Shown in pieces: positions 8,975-17,880 of a stretch of 32,000 nucleotides of DNA. The notes beneath the pieces were generated by a model. It had not been told where the DNA came from, made no database searches, and saw only the letters and a list, made by a program, of their open reading frames with translations. The DNA lies in NCBI RefSeq assembly GCF_014280195.1, contig NZ_CP047960.1:990001-1022000 (forward strand), in the 5' to 3' direction. The position numbers and the translations under genes were made by a program. The first letter of the stretch is position 1. Every line of letters begins with the position of its first letter. The DNA comes from Synechococcus sp. A15-24. Lineage in GTDB: Bacteria > Cyanobacteriota > Cyanobacteriia > PCC-6307 > Cyanobiaceae.

Positions 8975-11445
8975 ACCGCGAGCAGCTCAGTGAGTTGCTG
9001 GGTTGGCTGAAGCCTTTACAGCAGGCTCTCTCGCTTGAGGGGGAGACGGGGTTCAACAATCTGCAGGGCCGTCAGCAACGGTTTGACGGCTTTCTGGTTC
9101 ATCAGCTTGCAGCTCCCCCGCCACTTCCCTACCCCCCTGGTGTCGAGGCGCGCCTGCAGCGCTTGCACCAGGGGTTTGTCGGTTACGGGGAGTTACCTGA
9201 AAGCGATCGCCGAAGGCTTGTCACCGATACCCTTCAGTGGCTGCATGAGCTGCGGCTCCGCCTCGAACCATCAGCGCCCATGGCACCGCCACGGTTGCGA
9301 TTGGCGATGGCATCCGCATCAGCACCTCGTCGGGAGCTAGGTCTTGACAGTCCGTTGACCCAGCTCCAAGGGGTTGGACCGAAGTTGGCGGGGCGTCTGG
9401 CGGCGATTGGTCTGCTGCTGGTGCGAGACCTGCTGAAGCATTATCCGCGAGACCACGTCGACTACGCCACCCGCCGCCGCATCGAGGCCCTGGTGGTCGG
9501 AGAGACGGCCACGATCGTGGCCACCATTCGCCGCTGCAACGGCTTCGTCAGTCCGCGCAATCCGAATCTGGCGATCCTGGAACTGCAGCTCCAGGACCCC
9601 ACCGGTCGGATCAAGGTGACGCGGTTTCTGGCCGGGAAACGGTTCAGCTCACCGGCTTATCTCAAGGGGCAACAGCGGCTGTATCCCCAGGGGGCGACGG
9701 TGGCCGTCAGTGGTCTGATCAAAGAGGGGCCCTATGGGGTGACCTTCCAGGAGCCGTTGATTGAGGTGCTGGAAAGCAGCAACGCCGAGGTGCGATCCCG
9801 CAACATCGGTCGTCTGATGCCGGTCTATGGCCTGACGGAAGGGGTTGCGGCAGACCGCTTCCGTCAACTGATCGACCAGGTGTTGCCCCTGGCACGGGCC
9901 TGGCCTGACCCCCTCAACCAGACCGAGCGCCGGCATTGGTCGTTGGTCAGCCTGCCGGACGCGTTTCAAGGACTTCATGCACCGGATGATTCCAGTCAGT
10001 TGGATCAGGCCAGGCGGCGGCTGGTCTTTGATGAATTCCTTCTGTTGCAGCTCGGTCTGCTGCGGCGTCGACGCACCCTGAGCCAGCGTCCTTGTCCCCA
10101 TCTCGAGTTGATCCGTCGCGGTGATGGGCTTGTGGGGCATTTTCTGGCTGCCCTGCCCTTTGCCTTCACCGCGGCACAGGAGCGGGTCTTCGGCGAAATC
10201 GAGGCCGATCTGCAGCGTTCCCAGCCGATGGCCCGGCTGGTGCAGGGGGATGTCGGTTCCGGTAAAACCGTCGTGGCCATTGCGGCGCTGCTGAGCACCA
10301 TCAGTTCCGGCTGGCAGGGCGCCTTGATGGCCCCGACGGAGGTTCTGGCCGAACAACACCACCGCAACCTCTGCCGCTGGCTTCCTCCATTGCACGTGAC
10401 GGTTGAGTTGCTCACCGGCGCGACGCCAAAAACCAAACGGCGCCAGCTGCTCGATGACCTGGCCAACGGCTCCCTCAAGGTTCTGGTGGGGACCCATGCC
10501 CTACTGGAGGATCCGGTGGTGTTTTCCCGCCTGGGACTGGTGGTGGTGGATGAGCAGCACCGCTTCGGCGTCCACCAGCGGGACCGACTGCTCAACAAGG
10601 GTCTGCAACCCCACCTGCTCACCATGACCGCCACCCCGATCCCCCGCACCCTGGCCCTGTCCCTCCATGGCGACCTGGACGTGAGTCAGATCGACGAACT
10701 CCCGCCAGGACGGACACCCATCCGCACCGCCATGCTCACGGCAGCGCAGCGGTCCCAGGCCTACGAGCTGATCCGTGAGGAGGTGGCCCGTGGCCAAAGG
10801 GCCTATGTGGTTTTGCCTCTGGTGGACGAATCCGAGAAACTCGAACTGCGATCAGCTGTTGAGGTTCACGCTGAACTGGCTTCGGAGGTGTTCCCGGAGC
10901 TGACGGTCGGTTTGTTGCACGGCCGCCTGAACAGTGCGGATAAGCAGTCGGTGCTGCGGGACTTTGCCGATGGCCGCAGCCAGGTGCTCGTGTCCACCAC
11001 GGTGGTGGAAGTGGGCGTGGATGTGCCCGAGGCCAGCGTGATGGTGATCGACCACGCCGAACGTTTCGGATTGGCCCAGCTGCATCAGCTGCGCGGCAGG
11101 GTCGGCCGTGGGGCGGCCGCCTCCCACTGCCTGTTGATCAATGGCAGTTCCAATCCCCTGGCCCGTCAGCGCCTGGATGTGCTGGTGCGCTCCAACGATG
11201 GCTTCGAGATCGCCGAGATGGACCTGCGCCTGCGGGGGCCAGGTCAGGTGCTGGGAACCCGACAATCCGGCCTTCCCGATCTGGCATTGGCCAGCCTTGC
11301 TGATGATGGGGCGGTGCTTGAGGATGCCCGGGCAGCGGCACAACAGCTGATGGAGCAGGACCCGGATCTGTCTGCGCATGAAGCTCTCCTGGCCATGTTG
11401 CAGGAGCAGCAACGTCGGCTCAGCGGAGCAACACCTCTGAATTGA
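8935..11445 (+). CDS. recG: ATP-dependent DNA helicase RecG
   Basis: The ORF carries the helicase motifs GDVGSGKTVVA (motif I), VVVDEQHRFGV (motif II, DEQH), TATPIPRTL and QLHQLRGRVGRG (motif VI), plus the wedge-domain context typical of RecG. The start is uncertain. TTG 8935 would overlap the upstream gene by 40 nt, and TTG 8995 is an alternative. Confidence 0.9.
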   Translation: MADSSRSQDPRGLNREQLSELLGWLKPLQQALSLEGETGFNNLQGRQQRFDGFLVHQLAAPPPLPYPPGVEARLQRLHQGFVGYGELPESDRRRLVTDTLQWLHELRLRLEPSAPMAPPRLRLAMASASAPRRELGLDSPLTQLQGVGPKLAGRLAAIGLLLVRDLLKHYPRDHVDYATRRRIEALVVGETATIVATIRRCNGFVSPRNPNLAILELQLQDPTGRIKVTRFLAGKRFSSPAYLKGQQRLYPQGATVAVSGLIKEGPYGVTFQEPLIEVLESSNAEVRSRNIGRLMPVYGLTEGVAADRFRQLIDQVLPLARAWPDPLNQTERRHWSLVSLPDAFQGLHAPDDSSQLDQARRRLVFDEFLLLQLGLLRRRRTLSQRPCPHLELIRRGDGLVGHFLAALPFAFTAAQERVFGEIEADLQRSQPMARLVQGDVGSGKTVVAIAALLSTISSGWQGALMAPTEVLAEQHHRNLCRWLPPLHVTVELLTGATPKTKRRQLLDDLANGSLKVLVGTHALLEDPVVFSRLGLVVVDEQHRFGVHQRDRLLNKGLQPHLLTMTATPIPRTLALSLHGDLDVSQIDELPPGRTPIRTAMLTAAQRSQAYELIREEVARGQRAYVVLPLVDESEKLELRSAVEVHAELASEVFPELTVGLLHGRLNSADKQSVLRDFADGRSQVLVSTTVVEVGVDVPEASVMVIDHAERFGLAQLHQLRGRVGRGAAASHCLLINGSSNPLARQRLDVLVRSNDGFEIAEMDLRLRGPGQVLGTRQSGLPDLALASLADDGAVLEDARAAAQQLMEQDPDLSAHEALLAMLQEQQRRLSGATPLN

Positions 11446-12185
11446 CCCGTTCAACCTTGGTTGGTTTCAGCAAGCCCATGCGTCCCTGGAGTGATCGTCC
11501 GATTCACGACAACGGGGAGCCCCTTGTGGCGCTGCCGCCAACCCTGTTGCGACTCGAACCACACCCGTACGTCGCGGCTGGTGCTCCCTATGGCCCTGGC
11601 GCAGATCCCTTTCAGTTGCGCTCCGGTGTGGTGGATCGCCTCCTGGCAGCGCAAGGGGACCTTCAGGCAAGGCAATCCGATCTAAGGCTGGCCATTTTTG
11701 ATGCCTGGCGGCCGCTTGCCGTTCAGGCCTACATGGTGGAGCAGGCGGTGACGGCTGAAATCAATCGACGCGGCATCGATCTGGCTGACCGCGAACAAGT
11801 CGCTGCTGTGCGTCAAGCGGTCGGTCGCTTCTGGGCGCCACCGAGCCCCGACCCTGCCACACCGCCTCCCCACAGCACCGGTGCTGCCGTGGATCTGACT
11901 CTCGCCAGCCAAAGCGATGGAGCCCCACTGGCCATGGGGGGCGAGATCGACGCCGTTGATGTGATCTCAGAGCCTGACCATTACGCCGCTGCAGCGCCAG
12001 GTTCGGAAGGGGCGCTCTGGCATCAGAGGCGGCAGCTTCTCGCGTCTGTGATGCAGTCAGCAGGTTTTGCTCAGCACCCCAATGAGTGGTGGCACTTCAG
12101 CCACGGAGATCAGCTCTGGGCCTGGCGCAGTGCTGCCGGTTGTGCGATCTATGCCGTAGCACCCAGCAGCTCACTCACCGCCTGA
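11442..12185 (+). CDS. D-alanyl-D-alanine dipeptidase, M15D (VanX/DdpX-like)
   Basis: Zinc-ligand motifs of the VanX family are present: PPHSTGAAVDLTL (SxHxxGxAxD) and NEWWHFSHG (ExxH). The track start TTG 11442 overlaps the recG stop (TTGA). An in-frame ATG at 11478 (MRPWSD...) is an equally plausible start. Confidence 0.8.
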   Translation: MTRSTLVGFSKPMRPWSDRPIHDNGEPLVALPPTLLRLEPHPYVAAGAPYGPGADPFQLRSGVVDRLLAAQGDLQARQSDLRLAIFDAWRPLAVQAYMVEQAVTAEINRRGIDLADREQVAAVRQAVGRFWAPPSPDPATPPPHSTGAAVDLTLASQSDGAPLAMGGEIDAVDVISEPDHYAAAAPGSEGALWHQRRQLLASVMQSAGFAQHPNEWWHFSHGDQLWAWRSAAGCAIYAVAPSSSLTA

Positions 12186-13963
12186 TCGCCAAGTTTTTCA
12201 ACGTGATCGCCGAGGCTGCGGCGACCGCCGGCTTGCTTCCAGCTGATCAGCAGAGGCTCGATGGTCTGCTCGAGCTCCTCCAGAGGCATGCGTTGCAGGA
12301 AGGGCTGGGCCAGCCGCTGCAAATTGGCACTGCCGCCGAGCCACAGCTGGTACTGATTCACACCGCTGCCCACCAGGGCCAATTCCGCCATGTAAGGGCG
12401 TGCACAGCCGTTGGGACATCCGGTCATCCGGATCAACACCGATTTGTCGATCTCGAGGCGACGCAGCTGGGCATCGAGGCGCTCCAGAACGCTGGGCAGG
12501 ATGCGCTCCGATTCCGTGATCGCCAGCCCGCAGGTGGGCAGAGCCGGGCAGGCAATGGCATGGCGGGCAAGAGGCGGGGGAGCATCGGGTAGATCGAACC
12601 CGAGAGCCGCCAGCTCAGCCTTGATCGTGGCCCGCTGGGCCGTGCCGATGTTGCAGAGCAGCAGGTCCTGATTCGCCGTGAGGCGGATCTCCAGTTGGTA
12701 GGTGTCGACGATGGCGCGCAGGCCCTGCTTCATCGTGCCCTTCAGCCGACCACAGAGAAGCGGCAGACCGACGAACCACAGGCCTGCCTTCTGTCGGTGC
12801 CAGCCCAGATAGTCGAGCAACTTGGGTTTAGCTTCGTTGCGGAGACCCTTCAGCGGCCTGGAGAAGTAGTTCGCCTTGAGTTCGTTGCGGAACCAGGCGA
12901 TGCCGCGATCCTCCAGCAGATATTTCATGCGGGCATGACGACGGATCCGGCGATCGCCGTGATCCCGCTGCAGCGCCACGATTGCTTGGAGAAGATCAAA
13001 GACGTCAGCGGCGTCCACGTAACCGAGGGGATCGGCGATGCGCGCGAACGTTTCCTCTTTGTTGTGGGTGCGGCCCATGCCGCCCCCCACGTAGACGTTG
13101 CAGCCCCGCAGATTGCCGGAGGGGTCGGTGAAGGCCACCAGACCGATGTCCTGGGTCAGCAGATCCACCGAGTTGTCACCGGGGACGGTGACGGCCACCT
13201 TGAATTTTCGGGGCAGATAGGTGTCGCCATAGAGCGGTTCCGCCTCACTGCCGGAGAACACGCCTGGCTCCAGTTGGCGCTTGCGGGCCCGGCGAACCGC
13301 GGCTGGTGGGCTGAAGCGATAGCTGAGGTCGCCGTCCACCCAGAGGTCGAGATAAGAACCTTCAGCCGCTTCCGGACTCAGCAGATCGGCAATCTCGTCG
13401 GCCAATCGCCGTGCAGCGGGGTAGCCACCTTTTTCAAACGGGGCCGCAGGGGCCATCACGTTGCGGTTGATGTCACCACAGGCCGCCAAGGTGGAACCCA
13501 GGTTGCGAACAATGGTGCCGATCACCTCTTTCAGGTCGGCCTTGGGAATGCCGTGCATCTGGAAGGCCTGCCGGGTGGTCGCCCGCAGGGTGCCGTCCCC
13601 CAGCCGGTCGGAGAGCTCGTCGAGGGCGAGAAACAGCTGGGCCGGAATGCGGCCACCGGGGCTGCGCAGCCGCAGCATCATCTGCCAGGTCTTGTCTTTC
13701 CCCTTCTCGCGTTTATCGCGGTCGTCCTGCTGATAGCTGCCGTGGAACTTGAGGATCTGCAGAGCGTCTTCGCTGAAATTGGGCAGATCATTCACCAGTT
13801 CGCTCAGCAGCGGCTCCCGCAGGTAGTCGCTGTCCAGCTTGCGTTGTTCCGCTTTCGGAAGACTGGTTGCGGTCTCCTGTTGTGCAGCTGCAGCCCCGTC
13901 GCTCACGCGCTTCCGGTGTTGATGAATTGAACGTAGCGAAACGGGTTCCAATACAGTCGCCAT
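12149..13963 (-). CDS. sir: Sulfite reductase (ferredoxin)
   Basis: ILKFHGSYQQDDRDKR, TTRQAFQMHG, and the siroheme/4Fe-4S cysteine motifs ACPALPTCGLA and MTGCPNGCARPY match the ferredoxin-dependent SiR/NiR family. I chose ATG at 13963 (MATVLEP...). The track start GTG 14011 would overlap glyS, and GTG 13906 is another candidate. Confidence 0.9.
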   Translation of the reverse strand: MATVLEPVSLRSIHQHRKRVSDGAAAAQQETATSLPKAEQRKLDSDYLREPLLSELVNDLPNFSEDALQILKFHGSYQQDDRDKREKGKDKTWQMMLRLRSPGGRIPAQLFLALDELSDRLGDGTLRATTRQAFQMHGIPKADLKEVIGTIVRNLGSTLAACGDINRNVMAPAAPFEKGGYPAARRLADEIADLLSPEAAEGSYLDLWVDGDLSYRFSPPAAVRRARKRQLEPGVFSGSEAEPLYGDTYLPRKFKVAVTVPGDNSVDLLTQDIGLVAFTDPSGNLRGCNVYVGGGMGRTHNKEETFARIADPLGYVDAADVFDLLQAIVALQRDHGDRRIRRHARMKYLLEDRGIAWFRNELKANYFSRPLKGLRNEAKPKLLDYLGWHRQKAGLWFVGLPLLCGRLKGTMKQGLRAIVDTYQLEIRLTANQDLLLCNIGTAQRATIKAELAALGFDLPDAPPPLARHAIACPALPTCGLAITESERILPSVLERLDAQLRRLEIDKSVLIRMTGCPNGCARPYMAELALVGSGVNQYQLWLGGSANLQRLAQPFLQRMPLEELEQTIEPLLISWKQAGGRRSLGDHVEKLGDQAVSELLGATA

Positions 13964-13979
13964 CGGCAGTGTTGGCGGC

Positions 13980-16142
13980 GTGACTTCAACCTTTCTTCTG
14001 GAGATCGGCACGGAGGAATTACCGGCCGATTTCGCCCGTCAGGCCCTTGATCAACTGCAGGAGCGTGTGGGTCGTGATCTGCGGGACAGCCGTCTCGATC
14101 ACGAGTCGGTTCAGGTGTTGGGCACTCCCCGACGCTTGGTGGTTCGGGTGCATGGTTTGGCGGATCGCCAACCGGACCTCGAAGAAGACCGTAAAGGGCC
14201 TCCGGTCGCCCAGGCCTTCAAGGATGGAGTTCCGGGGCCGGCTGCGATCGGCTTCGCCAAACGCTGCGGTGTGGAACCGTCGCAGCTCGAGGTGCGCGAT
14301 ACCCCCAAGGGCGAATGCGTGTTCGCAAGCGTGCGGACCGAGGGGCAGAACAGCGTTGATCTGCTGCAGGAACATATCCCAGCCTGGATCAATGGTCTTC
14401 AGGGCAGACGCTTCATGCGCTGGGGAACGGGAAGCCAACGCTTCAGCCGACCGATTCGCTGGCTGCTGGCCCTGAAGGGTATCGATCTGATCCCGGTGGA
14501 GATCCCCGGTGCGGATCCGCCGGTGCGCAGTGATCGCTTCAGTCGCGGCCATCGCCTGCATGGTGAACAACCTCTGCCGATCGACACCGCAGAGGCTTAC
14601 GACGTCACCCTCGCAGCGGCTGGCGTGATCGTTGATCGGCAGCAACGGGCTGCCCTGATCCGATCTCTGCTCGATGCTTCAGCCAATCAGCTGAACGGTC
14701 TCCCGGATTGCCCAGAGTCTCTGTTTGAAGAGCTTGTGGATCTCGTTGAATCACCGCGGCTGCTGCAGGGATCCATCGCTGAGCGGTTTCTGTCACTGCC
14801 GCCGGAAGTGATCATCACCGTGATGCAGGCCCATCAGCGCTATGTGCCGCTGAAGGTTCCCGAGGTCACACCGGATCCGCTGCAATTGGAGGCCACGGGG
14901 GTTCTCCAACGGGACTTTCTGCTTGTGGGCAATGGTCTTGAGGCCGCGGATGCACTGATCACCCGAGGCAATGAACGGGTTCTTGCTGCTCGGTTGGAGG
15001 ATGCGGAGTTCTTCCTCTCGGTGGACCGACGTCAGCCCAGCAGTGTGCGTCGAGAGGCTCTGGATCGGGTCACCTTCGCCGAGGGGCTGGGCAGCCTGCT
15101 GGATCGCTGCCAGCGGATCGAGCGCACTGCCCGTCAGTTGGTGGACCAGCTCAACCTGGATGCGCGTCAAGGCGAGGCGGCCATCCGAGCTGCCCATCTC
15201 TGCAAGCACGATCTCGTGAGTCAGATGGTCGGTGAGTTTCCTGAGCTCCAGGGACTCATGGGTGGCAAATACCTGCTTGAGGAGGGGGAGCCCAAGGAGG
15301 TCGCCCTGGCGGTGGTGGAGCACTATCTGCCCCGCGGCGCAGGTGATCAGCTTCCCAGCAGTGATGCGGGTGCCGTGGTGGCGCTGGCGGAACGCCTGGA
15401 ATTGCTGTTGAGCATCTTTGCCAAGGGTGAACGTCCCAGTGGTTCATCGGATCCCTATGCCCTGCGGCGCGCTGGCAACGGCCTGTTGCAGATCGTCTGG
15501 GACCGTGGCTGGAGGCTCGATCTGAGCCGCTTCCTGGGCTCGGCGGTGGACGACTGGACTGCTCTGTTCCCGGAGTTCGCCATCGACAGCTCAGCACTCC
15601 AACAGGACCTTTGCCAGCTGCTGCGGCAGCGGATCGTTTCCCAGCTGGAAGACGAGGGCTTTGCGCCGGATCTTGTCCAGGCGGTCTCCGCAGAGTCGGT
15701 GACGACGGAGCGGTTGCTGGCTGACCCGATGGATGTGCGCGAGCGGCTCGACCTGCTGAATGTCCTGCGTCAATCGAAGGCGTTGCCGGCATTGATAGCC
15801 GTGGTTCAGAGGGCTGCGCGGCTGGCGGAGAAGGGTGATCTGGTTGAGACCGATCTCAACGTGTCGGCGGTGGTGTCACCCGAGCGGTTTGAGTCTCCCA
15901 GTGAAACGGCAATGTACGAGGTGCTCGTGCAGCTCGAGCCTCTGGCCTCAGGACGCCGCTATCGCGATCTGGCTGAGGCATTGGTGCAGGCCACCCCAGT
16001 GCTGGAAGCCTTCTTTGATGGGGATGACAGCGTGATGGTGATGGCGGATGAGCCCGAACTACGCCGAAACAGGCTCAATCTTCTTGGGGTGCTGCACAAT
16101 CAAGCTGGCGTGCTTGCACGGTTCGATCTGATCCAGATCTGA
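13980..16142 (+). CDS. glyS: Glycine--tRNA ligase beta subunit
   Basis: 720-aa ORF with a GTG start. The N-terminus TFLLEIGTEELPADFA and the internal blocks HQRYVPL and DPYALRRAGNGLLQI are characteristic of GlyS. Confidence 0.95.
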   Translation: MTSTFLLEIGTEELPADFARQALDQLQERVGRDLRDSRLDHESVQVLGTPRRLVVRVHGLADRQPDLEEDRKGPPVAQAFKDGVPGPAAIGFAKRCGVEPSQLEVRDTPKGECVFASVRTEGQNSVDLLQEHIPAWINGLQGRRFMRWGTGSQRFSRPIRWLLALKGIDLIPVEIPGADPPVRSDRFSRGHRLHGEQPLPIDTAEAYDVTLAAAGVIVDRQQRAALIRSLLDASANQLNGLPDCPESLFEELVDLVESPRLLQGSIAERFLSLPPEVIITVMQAHQRYVPLKVPEVTPDPLQLEATGVLQRDFLLVGNGLEAADALITRGNERVLAARLEDAEFFLSVDRRQPSSVRREALDRVTFAEGLGSLLDRCQRIERTARQLVDQLNLDARQGEAAIRAAHLCKHDLVSQMVGEFPELQGLMGGKYLLEEGEPKEVALAVVEHYLPRGAGDQLPSSDAGAVVALAERLELLLSIFAKGERPSGSSDPYALRRAGNGLLQIVWDRGWRLDLSRFLGSAVDDWTALFPEFAIDSSALQQDLCQLLRQRIVSQLEDEGFAPDLVQAVSAESVTTERLLADPMDVRERLDLLNVLRQSKALPALIAVVQRAARLAEKGDLVETDLNVSAVVSPERFESPSETAMYEVLVQLEPLASGRRYRDLAEALVQATPVLEAFFDGDDSVMVMADEPELRRNRLNLLGVLHNQAGVLARFDLIQI

Positions 16143-16164
16143 CATTGTTTCAGTCAGCCTGAAT

Positions 16165-16440
16165 GTGTCGAGCTATTCAGTGCGGGTATGCACAATCCCC
16201 ATACCTGAAGAGATCAACACACCTCAACAACAGCAGACACCTCAAACCCCTGTGGTGATTAAGCAGGGCGGCAATGGTATCGGCACCATCTTCGCAGCTC
16301 TGATCATTGCGGCTGCAGCGATCTACGCGATCAATGTCTGGTCAACAACCCGCAAGGAAACGGCTCCCGGTCGCAATCTGGAAAAAGGTATCGAGCGGAT
16401 CAAGGATGCCGCCAGCAAGGCGGCCGCCGAGCGTCAGTGA
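16165..16440 (+). CDS. Small hypothetical membrane protein (up to 91 aa; start uncertain)
   Basis: ORF with only non-ATG start candidates (GTG 16165, GTG 16180, or GTG-GTG near 16249-16254). It has a Q/P/T-rich N-region (TPQQQQTPQTP), one clear TM helix (IGTIFAALIIAAAAIYAINVW) and a charged helical tail. A strong intrinsic terminator follows immediately. Confidence 0.45.
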   Translation: MSSYSVRVCTIPIPEEINTPQQQQTPQTPVVIKQGGNGIGTIFAALIIAAAAIYAINVWSTTRKETAPGRNLEKGIERIKDAASKAAAERQ

Positions 16441-16454
16441 TCCAGCCGTGGAGG

Positions 16455-16482
16455 GCCACCGTCAGCTGACGGTGGCTTTTTT
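16455..16482 (+). terminator. Rho-independent terminator (plus-strand orientation) overlapping the 3' end of chlP
   Basis: There is a perfect 22-nt palindrome GCCACCGTCAG/CTGACGGTGGC (16455-16476) followed by TTTTTT (16477-16482). The chlP stop codon (16462-16464, minus strand) and its last four codons lie inside the stem. Confidence 0.65.
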
Positions 16483-17814
16483 GTCTTCGCGTTTGGCCTG
16501 GGCCTTGACGGCCTGAACGGCTTCTTCCGCCAGGAAGTCTCCATCGGAGCGACCCACTGCTGATGGCACTGGGGTGTAGTTCGACGGTGCCAGTGCCTCA
16601 CCGCGCAGCAGGCTGCCGAGGGTGCGGAGCGTCAGCTTCACCTGCTGCCAGGGATTCATCAGCACCACGCGTTTGTAGAGGTAGCTGTCGAAGGTGAGCT
16701 TCTGAACATCCTTGTCATCGCACATCTCGACGAAAGCCTCCCGAGCTGCGTCGTTGCGGTAGAAGATGCGCTGAAGGATATCGAGGACGGCGTACGTGGC
16801 CCCGTACTTGCGATCCCACCGCTTGAGATAGGTGGACTTGATCTGCTTCTCGGTGGGAATCACCGTGCCGTTCTTGGAGATCTCAACAATGGCCTCCGCG
16901 CACATCCGCCCGCTCTTGGCGGCGAAGTAGATGCCCTCACCAGAACTCTTGGTGACGTAGCCGGCGGCGTCACCCACAAGAGCCATGCGGCCGACCACAC
17001 GGCGAGGACGGGGGTGCTCGGGGATCGGATGGGCTTCGACCTTGATCACTTCGCCTTTGAACAGGCGCTTGTTGGCCCGCTCCCGGATGCCTTTCTGCAG
17101 ACCTTTGATTAGGCTCTGATTCTGCTGCATGGTGCCGGTGCCCACGGCCACGTGGTCGTATTTGGGGAAGACCCAGGCGTAGAAGTCAGGTGAAACGTCG
17201 GTGCCGACATACATCTCGGCCAGATCTTCGTAGTACGTCATCTCCTCAGCCGGCAGCTTGATCCGCTCCTGGAAGGCGATAGCCACGTTGTAATCACCGG
17301 CATCCATGGCCTTGGCGACCCGGGAGTTGGCCCCATCGGCGCCGATGATCAGATCCACGTCGAGGGTTTTCTGGTCACCGGTCGGCCCACCGCCGCTGTA
17401 ATCGGCGTAATGAAGCGTGTACGGACCCTGGCGGTTGCTGCCGGTGTCGATTTTCTGCACCAGTCCATTCACCAGCGTGGTGCCCAGGTCAGCTGCACGG
17501 TTGCGCAGGTAGGCGTCAAACACCTCACGGCGGCACATGCCGATGTAAGCGTTGTCGTCGTAACCAAGGGGATCGAGTTTGATATCCACTTCCCGATTGG
17601 AAGGGGAAATCATTTTCATGTTGCGGACCTTGCGGTCGATGATGTCGTCCGGCAGGTCGAATTCCTCGACCATGCAAAGAGGAATCGCACCACCACATGG
17701 CTTGGCGTTGTCCAGCTTGCGTTCAAACAGCCAGGTTTTGATTCCAGCTTTGGCAAGAATTTCGGCAGCGCAGGATCCGCTAGGACCGCCGCCGATAACC
17801 GCAACACGCAACAT
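16462..17814 (-). CDS. chlP: Geranylgeranyl diphosphate/geranylgeranyl-chlorophyll reductase
   Basis: 450-aa ORF. MLRVAVIGGGPSGSCAAEILAKAGIKTWLFERKLDNAKPCGGAIPLCMV carries the FAD-binding GxGxxG, and the conserved ChlP blocks continue throughout (e.g. RMALVGDAAGYVTKSSGEGIYFAAKSG). Confidence 0.95.
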   Translation of the reverse strand: MLRVAVIGGGPSGSCAAEILAKAGIKTWLFERKLDNAKPCGGAIPLCMVEEFDLPDDIIDRKVRNMKMISPSNREVDIKLDPLGYDDNAYIGMCRREVFDAYLRNRAADLGTTLVNGLVQKIDTGSNRQGPYTLHYADYSGGGPTGDQKTLDVDLIIGADGANSRVAKAMDAGDYNVAIAFQERIKLPAEEMTYYEDLAEMYVGTDVSPDFYAWVFPKYDHVAVGTGTMQQNQSLIKGLQKGIRERANKRLFKGEVIKVEAHPIPEHPRPRRVVGRMALVGDAAGYVTKSSGEGIYFAAKSGRMCAEAIVEISKNGTVIPTEKQIKSTYLKRWDRKYGATYAVLDILQRIFYRNDAAREAFVEMCDDKDVQKLTFDSYLYKRVVLMNPWQQVKLTLRTLGSLLRGEALAPSNYTPVPSAVGRSDGDFLAEEAVQAVKAQAKREDKKATVS

Positions 17815-17880
17815 CTCAGCCCAACTCCGCTGGATTGTTTTTTGAAGCTACCACTCAGTTGATAGCCAACGTGGGCCCCC

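Noticed and set aside
12695-13930. A long (411-aa) plus-strand ORF. Similar long shadow ORFs are 6266..7321(-), 27713..28729(-), 30044..31045(-), 7128..7988(-), 1996..2706(-), 9649..10497(-), 22309..22926(-) and 43..693(+).
   Set aside because: Each lies antisense to, or out of frame with, a gene whose translation carries unmistakable conserved motifs (sir, rpsB/tsf, glpX, glgC, recG, typA, M16). Their translations are Arg/Gly/Pro/Ala-rich low-complexity strings with no motifs. Stop-poor shadow frames are expected in GC-rich DNA.
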